From Spirochaetota bacterium (GTDB lineage Bacteria > Spirochaetota > UBA6919 > CBDBPB01): a stretch of 64,000 bases of DNA. The translations under genes and the position numbers were made by a program. The stretch lies in assembly GCA_965208615.1 (NCBI GenBank), contig CBDBPB010000002.1, forward strand, positions 104,054-168,053. The letters run 5' to 3'. A model generated the notes under the pieces. It saw nothing but the letters and a program-made list of their open reading frames with translations, had not been told where the DNA came from and did no database searches. This document shows, piece after piece, positions 1 to 10,098 of this stretch; position 1 is the stretch's first letter; each line of letters starts with the position of its first letter.

Positions 1-189
1 TATAGGCTAAACTCTTTGGATGAGTTTTTAGACCTTGGTATTGATGATTATATTAGTCCGAAGTCTGTTATGGTGATAGAGTGGGGTAATAGGTTTATTG
101 ATGAGTTTTTAAGTTATTATGCCATAATAGAGCTAAAAATTATTGACAATGGCTATAGGGAAATTATTATCACAAAAAAGCCTAACTAA
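1..189 (+). CDS. tsaE: tRNA threonylcarbamoyladenosine biosynthesis ATPase, C-terminal part (truncated by window edge)
   Basis: Frame 1 reads YRLNSLDEFLDLGIDDYISPKSVMVIEWGNRF...YREIIITKKPN*; YRL...LG..DY...VIEW is the TsaE/YjeE C-terminal signature. Confidence 0.85.
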   Translation, partial: YRLNSLDEFLDLGIDDYISPKSVMVIEWGNRFIDEFLSYYAIIELKIIDNGYREIIITKKPN

Positions 190-214
190 TTAAACAAATC
201 AAAATTGTTTTAAG
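186..214. repeat. 29-bp direct repeat, left copy
   Basis: CTAATTAAACAAATCAAAATTGTTTTAAG, identical to 664-692. Confidence 0.95.
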
Positions 215-306
215 GAAGTTTATTTATCTAAATACTGTTTTATAATAATTCTTTATTTAACTGTTAGAATAATAGCTACAACATTATTAACTATTAGTAT
301 AAGGGT

Positions 307-645
307 ATGAAAATGATAAGTGAAGAGTTAAAACAAGAAATAAAAAAGGAAGTGGCTATAGCTGTCCATGAGATTGAGATTACTGACATTAAAGTCGAGA
401 AGCTTAGGAATGAGATAGCTAATGTAAAGTCAGAGCTTAAAAATGAAATAACTGGAGTTGAATCAAGGCTAAGAGTAGAATTAAAAGCAGTAGAAAACAG
501 ACTTGACAATAAAATATCAGATGTTAAAATCACTTTCGAGAATAGAATTAGTAAGCTCGAAGGTATGATGAAAGTTATTATAACAATAACATCAGCAACA
601 GCAATAGGTATTGTAATGCTAATGCTTAAAGACATTTTTAAATAG
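307..645 (+). CDS. Bdr/DUF1640-like coiled-coil protein with C-terminal membrane anchor
   Basis: ~11-aa periodic coiled coil (LRNEIANVKSE/LKNEITGVESR/LRVELKAVENR/LDNKISDVKIT) and hydrophobic C-terminus. Confidence 0.6.
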   Translation: MKMISEELKQEIKKEVAIAVHEIEITDIKVEKLRNEIANVKSELKNEITGVESRLRVELKAVENRLDNKISDVKITFENRISKLEGMMKVIITITSATAIGIVMLMLKDIFK

Positions 646-663
646 TTATTGTTAAGGATTATT

Positions 664-692
664 CTAATTAAACAAATCAAAATTGTTTTAAG
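664..692. repeat. 29-bp direct repeat, right copy
   Basis: Identical to 186-214. Confidence 0.95.
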
Positions 693-696
693 TTAA

Positions 697-1509
697 ATGA
701 TTAAAATTAATGAACAGTTTATAGAGTATAAAAGTGATATAAGCCTTTTTGACCTTAGGGATAAGTTTAAGCCAGAGGCTGATATTATGATATACAACGG
801 ATTCCCTATTAGTGAAGACAGGTTTTTGGCTGATGGTGATGAGGTTGTATTTATTAAGCGGGGTGAAGTGCCTTCTAAAGACGATCTTGAAGGTTTAATG
901 CTATCCCGTCATACACCTGGTGTACATAAAAGGCTTAAGGCTAGTGTGGTTGGTGTCGCTGGCATAGGTGGATTAGGTTCATCTGTGGCTATTGCATTAG
1001 CGAGGATAGGCATTGGGAAGCTTATATTAGCTGATTTTGATATAGTGGAGCCTAGTAATTTAAATAGGCAACAGTATTTTATTAATCAGATTGGTATGCC
1101 TAAGGTTCATGCTATGCGGGATAATTTAAGGCAGATTAATCCTTATGTTGAGGTTGATATATATCAGGTAATTCTTGATGAGGCTAATGTACCTGATATT
1201 TTTAGTGGGGTTAATGTATTGGTTGAGGCTTTTGATAGGCCTGATATGAAGTCTATGTTGATTAATTCTTTTTTGGATAGTTATCCAGAGGGATATGTAG
1301 TTAGTGCATCTGGCTTAGCTGGCTATGATAGTGCTAATTTAATTAAGACCCATTGTTTTGGTGATAGGCTATTTGTTGTGGGGGATAGGGTATCGGCTGC
1401 TATGCCTGGTAGGGGGCTTATGGCTCCTAGAGTTGGTGTTGCTGCACATCATCAGGCTAATAAGGTTTTAGAGATAATATTAGGAGATGGTTATGAACAT
1501 AGTGGTTAA
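697..1509 (+). CDS. thiF: Sulfur carrier ThiS adenylyltransferase with N-terminal ThiS-like domain
   Basis: GIGGLGS, DFDIVEPSNLNRQ, APRVGVAAHHQAN; thi operon context. Confidence 0.92.
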   Translation: MIKINEQFIEYKSDISLFDLRDKFKPEADIMIYNGFPISEDRFLADGDEVVFIKRGEVPSKDDLEGLMLSRHTPGVHKRLKASVVGVAGIGGLGSSVAIALARIGIGKLILADFDIVEPSNLNRQQYFINQIGMPKVHAMRDNLRQINPYVEVDIYQVILDEANVPDIFSGVNVLVEAFDRPDMKSMLINSFLDSYPEGYVVSASGLAGYDSANLIKTHCFGDRLFVVGDRVSAAMPGRGLMAPRVGVAAHHQANKVLEIILGDGYEHSG

Positions 1510-1690
1510 CGGAGAGGATAGATTGATTAAGGGTTTAACGGTTAATGATCTTTTGGATGAGCTATGTATTTCCAGGGTAAATATAGCTGTGGAGCTTAAT
1601 AAGAGTATTGTTCCAAAGGGTCAGTTTGATAGTGTTAACTTGGCTGATGGGGATAAAATAGAGATTGTACAATTTGTTGGTGGTGGATAA
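1493..1690 (+). CDS. thiS: Sulfur carrier protein
   Basis: Small protein ending IEIVQFVGGG; GGAG RBS before ATG 1493. Confidence 0.95.
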   Translation: MNIVVNGEDRLIKGLTVNDLLDELCISRVNIAVELNKSIVPKGQFDSVNLADGDKIEIVQFVGGG

Positions 1691-1709
1691 ATAGATTAGG
1701 GAGATATTT

Positions 1710-2486
1710 ATGTCGAAAAAAGATAATTTAGTTATTGCTAACAGGGAGTTTAGTTCAAGGTTATTTGTGGGTACTGGAAAGTACAATAGTTTTGAGCTTA
1801 TGAAGGAGGCTTTTGAGGCCTCAGGTTCTGATGTTATTACTGTTGCTGTACGAAGGATTGATCTTAAGGCTAAGGGTGATAATTTACTTAGTCATATTGA
1901 TCTTAGTAAATATAAGCTTTTGCCAAACACTGCTGGATGCTATACGGCTGAGGATGCCATTAGATATGCACGGCTGGCAAGGGAAGTGGGCATGAGTGAT
2001 ATGGTTAAACTTGAGGTTATTGGTGATGAAAAAACATTATTCCCTGATAATGAAGCTACATTAGAGGCCGCCAAGGTATTAGTGAAAGAGGGTTTTATAG
2101 TGTTGCCTTATACATCCGATGATCCCATTATGGCTAAGAAGCTTGAGGATATTGGATGTTCTGCTGTTATGCCATTGGCTGCACCTATTGGTTCTGGGCT
2201 TGGTATAAGAAATCCATATAATATTAAGATAATACTTGAGACTGTTAACTTACCTGTTATTGTGGATGCTGGAGTAGGTACTGCTTCTGACGTTGCTATT
2301 GCTATGGAATTAGGTTGTGATGCTGTACTTATGAATACGGGTATTGCTGGTGCTAGTGATCCTGTTGCTATGGCAAGGGCTATGAATTATGGTGTTAAGG
2401 CTGGTAGGCTTTCATACTTAGCTGGACGTATCCCTAAAAAGCTTTATGCAAGTGCCAGTACGACATTTGAGGGTATGCTTAATTAG
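1710..2486 (+). CDS. thiG: Thiazole synthase
   Basis: [37 protein letters not shown] motifs. Confidence 0.97.
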   Translation: MSKKDNLVIANREFSSRLFVGTGKYNSFELMKEAFEASGSDVITVAVRRIDLKAKGDNLLSHIDLSKYKLLPNTAGCYTAEDAIRYARLAREVGMSDMVKLEVIGDEKTLFPDNEATLEAAKVLVKEGFIVLPYTSDDPIMAKKLEDIGCSAVMPLAAPIGSGLGIRNPYNIKIILETVNLPVIVDAGVGTASDVAIAMELGCDAVLMNTGIAGASDPVAMARAMNYGVKAGRLSYLAGRIPKKLYASASTTFEGMLN

Positions 2487-2489
2487 TGT

Positions 2490-3104
2490 ATGACTTTACC
2501 TAAGTTATACCTCATAACCGATAGAACCCTTTGTAAGAATATCTTTTACACTATTGAACAGGCTCTTATTGCTGGTGTCAGGATGATACAGCTTAGGGAG
2601 AAGGATTTATCATCGGCTGAGCTTTATAATATGGCGTATAAGATGAGGGAGCTAACCAATAAGTATAATGCCATGCTTATAATAAACGATAGGGTGGATA
2701 TTGCTTTATCCGTTGATGCTGATGGCATTCATGTTGGGAAGGATAGTTTGAGTATACCTATTATAAAAAATGTGCTTTATAGGGCTAATAAACAGCTACT
2801 TATTGGTTATTCTGCTCATTCTCTAAAAGAAAGCATTATGGTTGAGGATCATGGTGCAAACTGGATAACATTTAGTCCTATTTATTATACTAGGTCTAAG
2901 ATGCTTTATGGTAGGCCTCAGGGGATAGATAGATTAATTGAGATTACATCTAGGATAAGTATACCGGTTTATGCTCTTGGAGGGATAAACAATTTTAACG
3001 CTGTTGAGGTTTCTAAGGTTGCCTATGGTATTGCTCTTATTTCTCAGATAATCGGTTCTACGGACCCTAAACATAGTGCAGAAGAGATGTTAGACATTAT
3101 TTAA
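2490..3104 (+). CDS. thiE: Thiamine phosphate synthase (ThiE/TenI family)
   Basis: LYLITD, IQLREK, INDRVDIA, DGIHVG, PVYALGGI. Confidence 0.88.
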   Translation: MTLPKLYLITDRTLCKNIFYTIEQALIAGVRMIQLREKDLSSAELYNMAYKMRELTNKYNAMLIINDRVDIALSVDADGIHVGKDSLSIPIIKNVLYRANKQLLIGYSAHSLKESIMVEDHGANWITFSPIYYTRSKMLYGRPQGIDRLIEITSRISIPVYALGGINNFNAVEVSKVAYGIALISQIIGSTDPKHSAEEMLDII

Positions 3105-3208
3105 TATATCATACTAATTATTCTAAAATAGCTTATAATACTTTTGACCTATACTATTATAACAATTAATAATACTTCTATATAAACTTTTTATATAAAT
3201 AGTAATAA

Positions 3209-3841
3209 TTAGAATTCTTTAAGAAGTGCCTTCCTAACCCTTATATCATTACGAAACTCTTTTTGAAAGTCCTTTTTTACCTTTTCAAAGTCATCAATAA
3301 GCGTAGTCTTGGTTATACTATAAAACTCATTATGGTCAAACTTAAGAGTACCTATATATACAGCTTTGTCATTAGGCTTAATCTTAACCATAGCCCTAAT
3401 AGGAATTATAAGTTTGTTCGTATTTAAATTCCGAGTACCCTTATTAACATACTCACACTCCTGTAAGATAAACATCTCAAGTATATAAAAAGATTTTCTT
3501 TTAAACTTGATATAAAAATCATTGTTAAGCCTAGCAATAATCCTATTAGTAAAATAGAATCCCATAGATGAATTATAAGTTTTTTCTGTAGGAGGATCTT
3601 GTATTTTTTCATCAATCCAAATATGAATCTTATCTTTAAACTCGTAAGGAAAACAATTACGAGAGTCGCTAATATTATAAAAGCTATCCCCAAGAGGAGG
3701 GTCAAAAATAATCTTTCCAATAACTAAAACTTCATTATCCTTTAAGTTGGAATCTTTCTCAAAATGTTCAACTTTATTAGGTAAGCTTGAACAACCCATA
3801 AATACTAATAAAACTAAACATATAAACTTTATCTTATTCAT
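3209..3841 (-). CDS. Hypothetical lipoprotein
   Basis: 210-aa ORF, signal peptide with FMGC lipobox, KAVYIGTL near C-terminus. Confidence 0.7.
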   Translation of the reverse strand: MNKIKFICLVLLVFMGCSSLPNKVEHFEKDSNLKDNEVLVIGKIIFDPPLGDSFYNISDSRNCFPYEFKDKIHIWIDEKIQDPPTEKTYNSSMGFYFTNRIIARLNNDFYIKFKRKSFYILEMFILQECEYVNKGTRNLNTNKLIIPIRAMVKIKPNDKAVYIGTLKFDHNEFYSITKTTLIDDFEKVKKDFQKEFRNDIRVRKALLKEF

Positions 3842-3845
3842 AAAA

Positions 3846-4427
3846 CTAACCTTCAGTTTTTAAATTATCAGTAATCATTTTAATTTGTTTAGAATACTTA
3901 TTCTTATCCATTTTTATAAACATAGTCCTTAACCTAATTAATAGATCCTTCTTTGATGGATTGGTAATAGTTATAAGGTCATAATCACTTCTTTTGTTTT
4001 TTAACATTACATATCTATATGAACCCATAAAATAAATACCAGGCTTTTTAACTCTTATAGCAGTTTTATTTTCACTAATAGAAAAATTATATACATAACT
4101 ACCAAATTCCAAAGTCTCTTGAATAAAATCATAAGAGTAAAACTCCTCAATCTGATAAGGTCCAGGCTTAACTACAGAACTATACCAAAATAAATTACCT
4201 TTATCTATCTCAAAATCAAGATATATCTTTGGCTTAAAAGGATATCTACGAGCATGTATACCAGTTAGCTCTTTTCCAGGTGCATTTTTCATATCAATAT
4301 AACCAAAAATAAGGGAACTCTTAAGAGAACTATTAGTATTATGAGATTCCTTTTTAGACACAGAATTACTGCAGTCAATAATAAAAAACGCCGCTATTAG
4401 TATTATAACTATTAGTCTGAAATACAT
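3846..4427 (-). CDS. Hypothetical lipoprotein
   Basis: 193-aa ORF, hydrophobic N-terminus followed by Cys, KPGIYFMGSY motif. Confidence 0.7.
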   Translation of the reverse strand: MYFRLIVIILIAAFFIIDCSNSVSKKESHNTNSSLKSSLIFGYIDMKNAPGKELTGIHARRYPFKPKIYLDFEIDKGNLFWYSSVVKPGPYQIEEFYSYDFIQETLEFGSYVYNFSISENKTAIRVKKPGIYFMGSYRYVMLKNKRSDYDLITITNPSKKDLLIRLRTMFIKMDKNKYSKQIKMITDNLKTEG

Positions 4428-4828
4428 TTTATCTCCAAAATAAGTAAAACTATACTTAATAGTTTATCTATTAGGATTCTCACATTTTTATAGCTAAAAA
4501 CTTACTAAAAGCCAAGTAAATAGTTAATATTAGACATACTTTAAAAATATGCCTAAGCTTATATTTAATAGATAATAACTTAAGTATTCTAATATGTAAA
4601 ACCTTGCCCTACAGATAACGTCAATCTATAAAAGTTTAACAATTTAAACTAGTTCTCTTTTTCAAAGAGATGTAAAATACATTTATCTGAAGTTATATGT
4701 TTTATCATAAGATATATACTTTTTAATCGACCTACTAAGAAATTAAAATAATATTTTTTTTATTATAAAAAAAGTGTTTACTATTGTTAACTCGATCTTA
4801 AAATAAGATTAAATGAGGGTATAAAGTT

Positions 4829-6646
4829 ATGAATATTATTAGAATAGTTCTTTGTTTTGGACTAATTGGCATACTACAATGCAATACCAGTAAGGTTAAT
4901 TCAAAACAAAAAAAAGTTATAAGTGGTAATAAACATCTATTTGAACAGCTTGTTAAAGAAAAAGATGGATCAAAAACAAATATAGAATACATAAATAGAG
5001 AAGGAATTATTAGAACCGATGTAATTGTAACTAATCCTATTACCAATGTTAGCGTTAGAGACTTTAATGTTAGAATAACTCAAATTGATAATAGTAGATT
5101 TCCAGAGGTTACCCTACTAGTAAGCGTAACTGATAAATATGGTAATCCCCTTATTGTTAGCAATAAAGACTACTTTCAGATTGAAGAGCATGGTTTACCT
5201 GTTAAGAAAGATAATATTATAAGAATTATCCAAAAGAAAGATATAAATGAAAAAGCAAATAAAATACCACTAAATACTGTACTCGCAATAGATAAAAGCG
5301 GTTCTATGAATGGAGGGCTAACCGAAGAAGAAAAACAACCTTTATGGTTTGCTAAAAGGGCCGCTGTTGACTTTATAAATAAGGTAAAGGATGATGATCT
5401 TGTTAGAGTTATAGCTTTTGATGGTGATATACACTCCCTAGGGTCAAATAAAGAGGCTGTATCAATGATAGACCTGCTAAAACCTAAAGGTTCAACCGCC
5501 TTATATGGAGCATTATTTATTGGAGTTAAAAAGCTTGAACTTGGATCTGGTATAAAAGCTATGATATTATTGAGCGATGGTAGAAATGATACAAGGGGTA
5601 CTGTTAGTAATACAATAAAGAAGATTACCTTGCAATATGGTATACATGCGGCTGAACAGTTTGCTATTCCTGTTTTTACGATAGGCTTTGGACAAGACTT
5701 TGATGAATATACCTTAAGGAAAATCGCTAATGATACTCATGCACTATTCTTTAAAACCGCTAATAAAGAAGAAATAAATAAACTATATACGCAAATAAGA
5801 CAAATTATTACTACTCAATATTTAATTACTTATAAGTCTGAGTCATTAGAAGCAGTGACTAATGTTACCGCAAGACTTGGTAAATATGAAGATCACAGAC
5901 AGTTCATCACTCCGGAACACGTTATTGAGAGAGAAAAAAAACTTATAAAAGAAATTAATATTGTTGCCAAAGAAAAGTTCCGCTTGGGAAAGGCCAATGA
6001 GGATATAAATAAACAGATTGCTAACCTTAATCATAGAATGAAGGAATTGGATAAAAAAATACTTATACTAAAAGAAAAAGAGGATCTACTATCTTTAACC
6101 TCTAATAAAATAAACGAAAGAGAAAGTAGGCTAATTAGTTATAATAAAAGTATTAAAGAACTAGAAAATAAGACTAACGAAGATAAAATTAAGCTAAAAC
6201 AAGAAAAGCAATATCTGGATAATATAAAATCCCAGCTAAATGAAAATAAAATCAGACTGGAAGAAAGAAAGGAAGCATTAGCACAACGTGAAAAAGATAT
6301 TGATAATAAAACTAATCAGCTAAATAATAAAGAAAATGGTTTAGAACAAAAGCTATCAAAACTGGATCAAAAAGAAAATAAAATTAAAGAAGAAGAAGCA
6401 AGAATCACCCAGCTAAAGGCTATGCTAGAAAGCAAAGAAATTGAGTTAAATAGCAAATTAAAAAAGAACGAAAAAATAGAAGTTAATCTTGAAAAAGAAA
6501 ACAAAGAAATTAAGCTAAAACAACAAAAACTAAATGAACTAAAAAAACTAATAACTAGCCTATTAAAGCAGATAAAAGTAGAATATGAAGAGTCAATTGA
6601 TGACCTAGTAAAACAAAAAAAAGAATTGGATACAATTAAACCTTAA
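4829..6646 (+). CDS. VWA-domain secreted/lipoprotein with long C-terminal coiled coil
   Basis: MIDAS DKSGS, GSTALY, LLSDG, FTIGFG; ~240-aa K/E/N-rich coiled coil. Confidence 0.85.
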   Translation: MNIIRIVLCFGLIGILQCNTSKVNSKQKKVISGNKHLFEQLVKEKDGSKTNIEYINREGIIRTDVIVTNPITNVSVRDFNVRITQIDNSRFPEVTLLVSVTDKYGNPLIVSNKDYFQIEEHGLPVKKDNIIRIIQKKDINEKANKIPLNTVLAIDKSGSMNGGLTEEEKQPLWFAKRAAVDFINKVKDDDLVRVIAFDGDIHSLGSNKEAVSMIDLLKPKGSTALYGALFIGVKKLELGSGIKAMILLSDGRNDTRGTVSNTIKKITLQYGIHAAEQFAIPVFTIGFGQDFDEYTLRKIANDTHALFFKTANKEEINKLYTQIRQIITTQYLITYKSESLEAVTNVTARLGKYEDHRQFITPEHVIEREKKLIKEINIVAKEKFRLGKANEDINKQIANLNHRMKELDKKILILKEKEDLLSLTSNKINERESRLISYNKSIKELENKTNEDKIKLKQEKQYLDNIKSQLNENKIRLEERKEALAQREKDIDNKTNQLNNKENGLEQKLSKLDQKENKIKEEEARITQLKAMLESKEIELNSKLKKNEKIEVNLEKENKEIKLKQQKLNELKKLITSLLKQIKVEYEESIDDLVKQKKELDTIKP

Positions 6647-6650
6647 CTTT

Positions 6651-8288
6651 TTATTTATCTGTGATAATTTGTGGAGAAGCTCCATAAAGTTCTCCCTCGG
6701 TTAATAAATACCTGAAATATGCTATAAAGCTATAACAATAACTTATAGCTTGAGAAGAGTTTGTTCCTTCCAATCTTTTTTTGCCGTCGATGGTATCAAA
6801 ATATAGTTTTTCACTACTATTTTGCGTTACAGAATCACTATTGTTAATCCAGGATAGTATTTTTTCAAGTTTTTTAGTTATGTCTGTTAGCCTTACACGG
6901 ATAATATTACTAATTCTGGTTTGATTATCTTCGAAGGTTAATAGCATCTCATTCTTTTTATAAGTGGATAAGCTAGAATTAATTTCTATATCATTTATCT
7001 CTTTTAGTATAGTAGTATAATCTTTAATTAGGTCATGGCATGAGTTAATGCCTAAGTATAGGTCGCTAAATTCTTTTTTAGTGTCAACCTTTTTTCCATC
7101 AAGAAGATCAATATTAAATTTTATTTTATTTGAGGTTAGGATAAAGGAGAACTCTTTTTCAAACTCTTCTAAAATAACATAAACTTTGAATATCTTATCG
7201 TTTTTATTAAAATAAGCTATATTTCCTTTATCTTTAACAGTTTCATTTGTATAGTCGAGTTTATCTATCCATTCTTTTCCTTCTTTAAGTGATTCTGGTA
7301 GTTCTTCTTGTTTTTTTTCTTTTAGTTTTTCTTCATCATTTTTGTTTGTGGATAATGATTTTTGTTTATTAGTTTTAGTTTTTTTTCTTTCTTTTATTGC
7401 CTGTTTAATACGATATTCAACTGTCTCACCTTCGTGTATATGCAATAGACCATATATTCTGCTTTGATCTTGGATATAAATATGTTCCATAAAGAGGTTA
7501 GAAATAGCATAGTGTAGTTTGTGAAGGCAGTTATGATAAATAATATCAATAGCTTTTTTTGATTTAGCCATATAATCTTTATAGCTTTGATCGTCTATAA
7601 GTTTTAAATCTTTTTTAATACTTAATGCTAGTTCAACTGCGTCTATAAGTTCGCTATAATAATGTCTAAATAAGTAAAGCCTACGATAAATCTTTTTTAT
7701 AGGTTCTTCAATAGCAATAAAGTCAATATTTCCTATACTATTTTCAGCTATTTTAGAGAAATGTTTAACGTCCTCGGCATTATAAAGATGGCTAGATATT
7801 CTTAATAGTTCATATAGGTATATATTTTTTTTTATCATAAGAGTTATAAAAGTTTTATATTTAGCTTTTTTGGGATTTAAAATAAATTTTATTACATTAT
7901 CAAGGTAATATAGTTCAGTGTTTAATAGAGTTTTTTGTTCGTTAATAAAAGTTTCTTTAAACTGATCCCCAAAAATAGTTTTTACTCCAACAAAAGTCGA
8001 AGCCAAATAAAGTGCAAGCTTATCAAAGAAGCTGTTGTGAGCAATAACTGGAACTCTATCTTCACTTTTTTGTTCTTCTTTATTTTCTTCACCTGCTAAT
8101 TCTTTAAGTTTTCGTTTTTCTGATCCACCTATAATATGTTTACTATCTTTTACCTTTGTTTTTTTAACAGGAGGTTTAATAATCTTTCCACCATGATCAA
8201 TAAATTTATCAAATAGTTTTTTTTGTTCTTTTTTATTGAGTTTATCAGCTCCAATTTGTTTATGCAGTTTATCAAATTCGTTTTCCAT
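6651..8288 (-). CDS. Hypothetical protein
   Basis: 545-aa ORF with no recognised motif. Confidence 0.75.
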   Translation of the reverse strand: MENEFDKLHKQIGADKLNKKEQKKLFDKFIDHGGKIIKPPVKKTKVKDSKHIIGGSEKRKLKELAGEENKEEQKSEDRVPVIAHNSFFDKLALYLASTFVGVKTIFGDQFKETFINEQKTLLNTELYYLDNVIKFILNPKKAKYKTFITLMIKKNIYLYELLRISSHLYNAEDVKHFSKIAENSIGNIDFIAIEEPIKKIYRRLYLFRHYYSELIDAVELALSIKKDLKLIDDQSYKDYMAKSKKAIDIIYHNCLHKLHYAISNLFMEHIYIQDQSRIYGLLHIHEGETVEYRIKQAIKERKKTKTNKQKSLSTNKNDEEKLKEKKQEELPESLKEGKEWIDKLDYTNETVKDKGNIAYFNKNDKIFKVYVILEEFEKEFSFILTSNKIKFNIDLLDGKKVDTKKEFSDLYLGINSCHDLIKDYTTILKEINDIEINSSLSTYKKNEMLLTFEDNQTRISNIIRVRLTDITKKLEKILSWINNSDSVTQNSSEKLYFDTIDGKKRLEGTNSSQAISYCYSFIAYFRYLLTEGELYGASPQIITDK

Positions 8289-8731
8289 AATGAGTTGTCC
8301 TATGTTTATGATATTAAAAAAGCTAAACTATAGTTGTAGATACTGTAACATATAATTTTATAATAACAACTTTTCATTGCAAAAAAGTTTATTATATTAT
8401 AATTTTATTATAAGTAAAAACCAATATAAAATTAGTAATTTATATAAAAGTTGTTAGATTTTATACTATATTATATTTAAATATTTTGATAGCTATAAAG
8501 AGTTAATTTCAGTCATATTCAAGGCATATAACCCATTTAAAATCCTCAATAATAAAGATAAAAATAATAAATAAACATCTTTTTGATAAGGTGAAGTTAT
8601 TATTTTTTATTCATATTTTAATGTCTTTTATTTTAATGTCTTTTATTATCAGGTTATATTTTAATAATTATAGTATTAAAGTTTAATAGTTTTCCGAAAA
8701 TTAATTTTAGAAATTATGGAAAGGGATTCTT

Positions 8732-9821
8732 ATGATCATAAGTAGCAAAGGGAATAGATTAAATATTAGAGCTTTGTTTTCTTTAAACAAGATTTTTATA
8801 TTTGTCTTTATTTTTTTTATGTTTGTGTTAACCATGTTATTCTTCTCTAAGGAAGTTTTATCTCAGGATAGACACAGAATAGATTTTTTAAATAAAAATA
8901 TAGTCAAAGGTATTAATATAGGGGATAATTATTATAGTGAAGATAATGAGAATCTTTTGTATGCCTTAGCTCGTTTTGAGTTGAAGAACAAACAGTTTTT
9001 AATTGACGATAATATTGTAGACTATAAAGGATATTTTAAACAGTTAAAGTTCCGGACTTATACAATTAAAAAGCGTGATACTCTTAGTAGTATTTCAAGG
9101 AAGTTTAATATAAATATTGCTACTTTAGTAAGTTTTAATAACATAGAGGTTGATAAGGCTTTAAGGATTAATAATCAGCTTTTTATTCCGAGTATGGATG
9201 GGATTTTATATTCTGTTAAAAAAGAGGATAGTTTAAGAGGTATTGTAAAGAAGTACTCAAAATATAATGTTAAGTTAGGCGACATAATTTATTTAAATAA
9301 TATAGTAAATAACAAGATAATAGAGAAAGAGCGTCTTTTTATTCCTGGAGCAAAAATAGCTAAGAATCTTCTTATTAAGAAGTTAGAGCATACTTTTGCA
9401 ATACCGGCAAAAGGTAGGATAACATCATTAGTGGGGATGAGGCCTAGTATTTTTAAGGGTCCCCAAAAAGGGTTATGAATTTCATCCAGGGGTTGATATA
9501 AAGGCCTATTATGGTTCACCTGTGAGGGCGGCCAAAAGTGGACGAATAAAGTTAGCAGGTAGAGTTAAGGGATATGGAAAAGTAATTTTCATTAACCATG
9601 GTAATGGTTTACAGACTAGATATGGTCATTTATCCCGGATATTGGTAAAACGTGGAGAGAGGGTAAGGAAGAGGCAGGTAATTGGGAAGGTAGGCAGTAC
9701 TGGCAATTCTACAGGTCCACATCTTCATTTTGAAGTGAGAAAGTATGGTAAGGTAGTTAATCTTACTCGTAAGTTTAAGGGATTAAGGTTAAAGCGTGGC
9801 GGATACTGGAAGTGGAATTAA
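8732..9821 (+). CDS. LysM + M23 peptidoglycan metallopeptidase (frameshifted ~9460-9500, probably sequencing error)
   Basis: Two LysM repeats (YTIKKRDTLSSIS, YSVKKEDSLRGI); FHPGVD in an alternate frame; TRYGHL and STGPHLHFEV. Confidence 0.85.
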
Positions 9822-9849
9822 TTTTATAATTTGTAGACATATTATAGTT

Positions 9850-10098
9850 TTTACTCATAGGGGATTAGGCATACTTTTTTTAGATTTACTGTGTGTTATC
9901 AAAGGTATTACTATGCTATTGTAAAGAGGTTTTGCTAGTTTACTTTTTATAATTGTTGTTTATTTATAGGGGATTAGGCATACTTTTTTTAGATTTACTG
10001 TGTGTTATCAAAGGTATTACTATGCTATTGTAAAGAGGTTTTGCTAGTTTACTTTTTATAATTGTTGTTTACTCATAGGGGATTAGGTATACTTTTTT
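9850..10098. repeat. 109-bp tandem repeat, ~2.3 copies
   Basis: GGGGATTAGG at 9860, 9969 and 10078 with near-identical intervening sequence. Confidence 0.93.

Noticed and set aside
190-696. TPP riboswitch upstream of the thi genes
   Set aside because: No CTGAGA/ACCTG core is visible; the region is occupied by the inserted gene.
8614-8647. 15-bp tandem duplication in the intergenic region
   Set aside because: Very AT-rich simple slippage with no further support.
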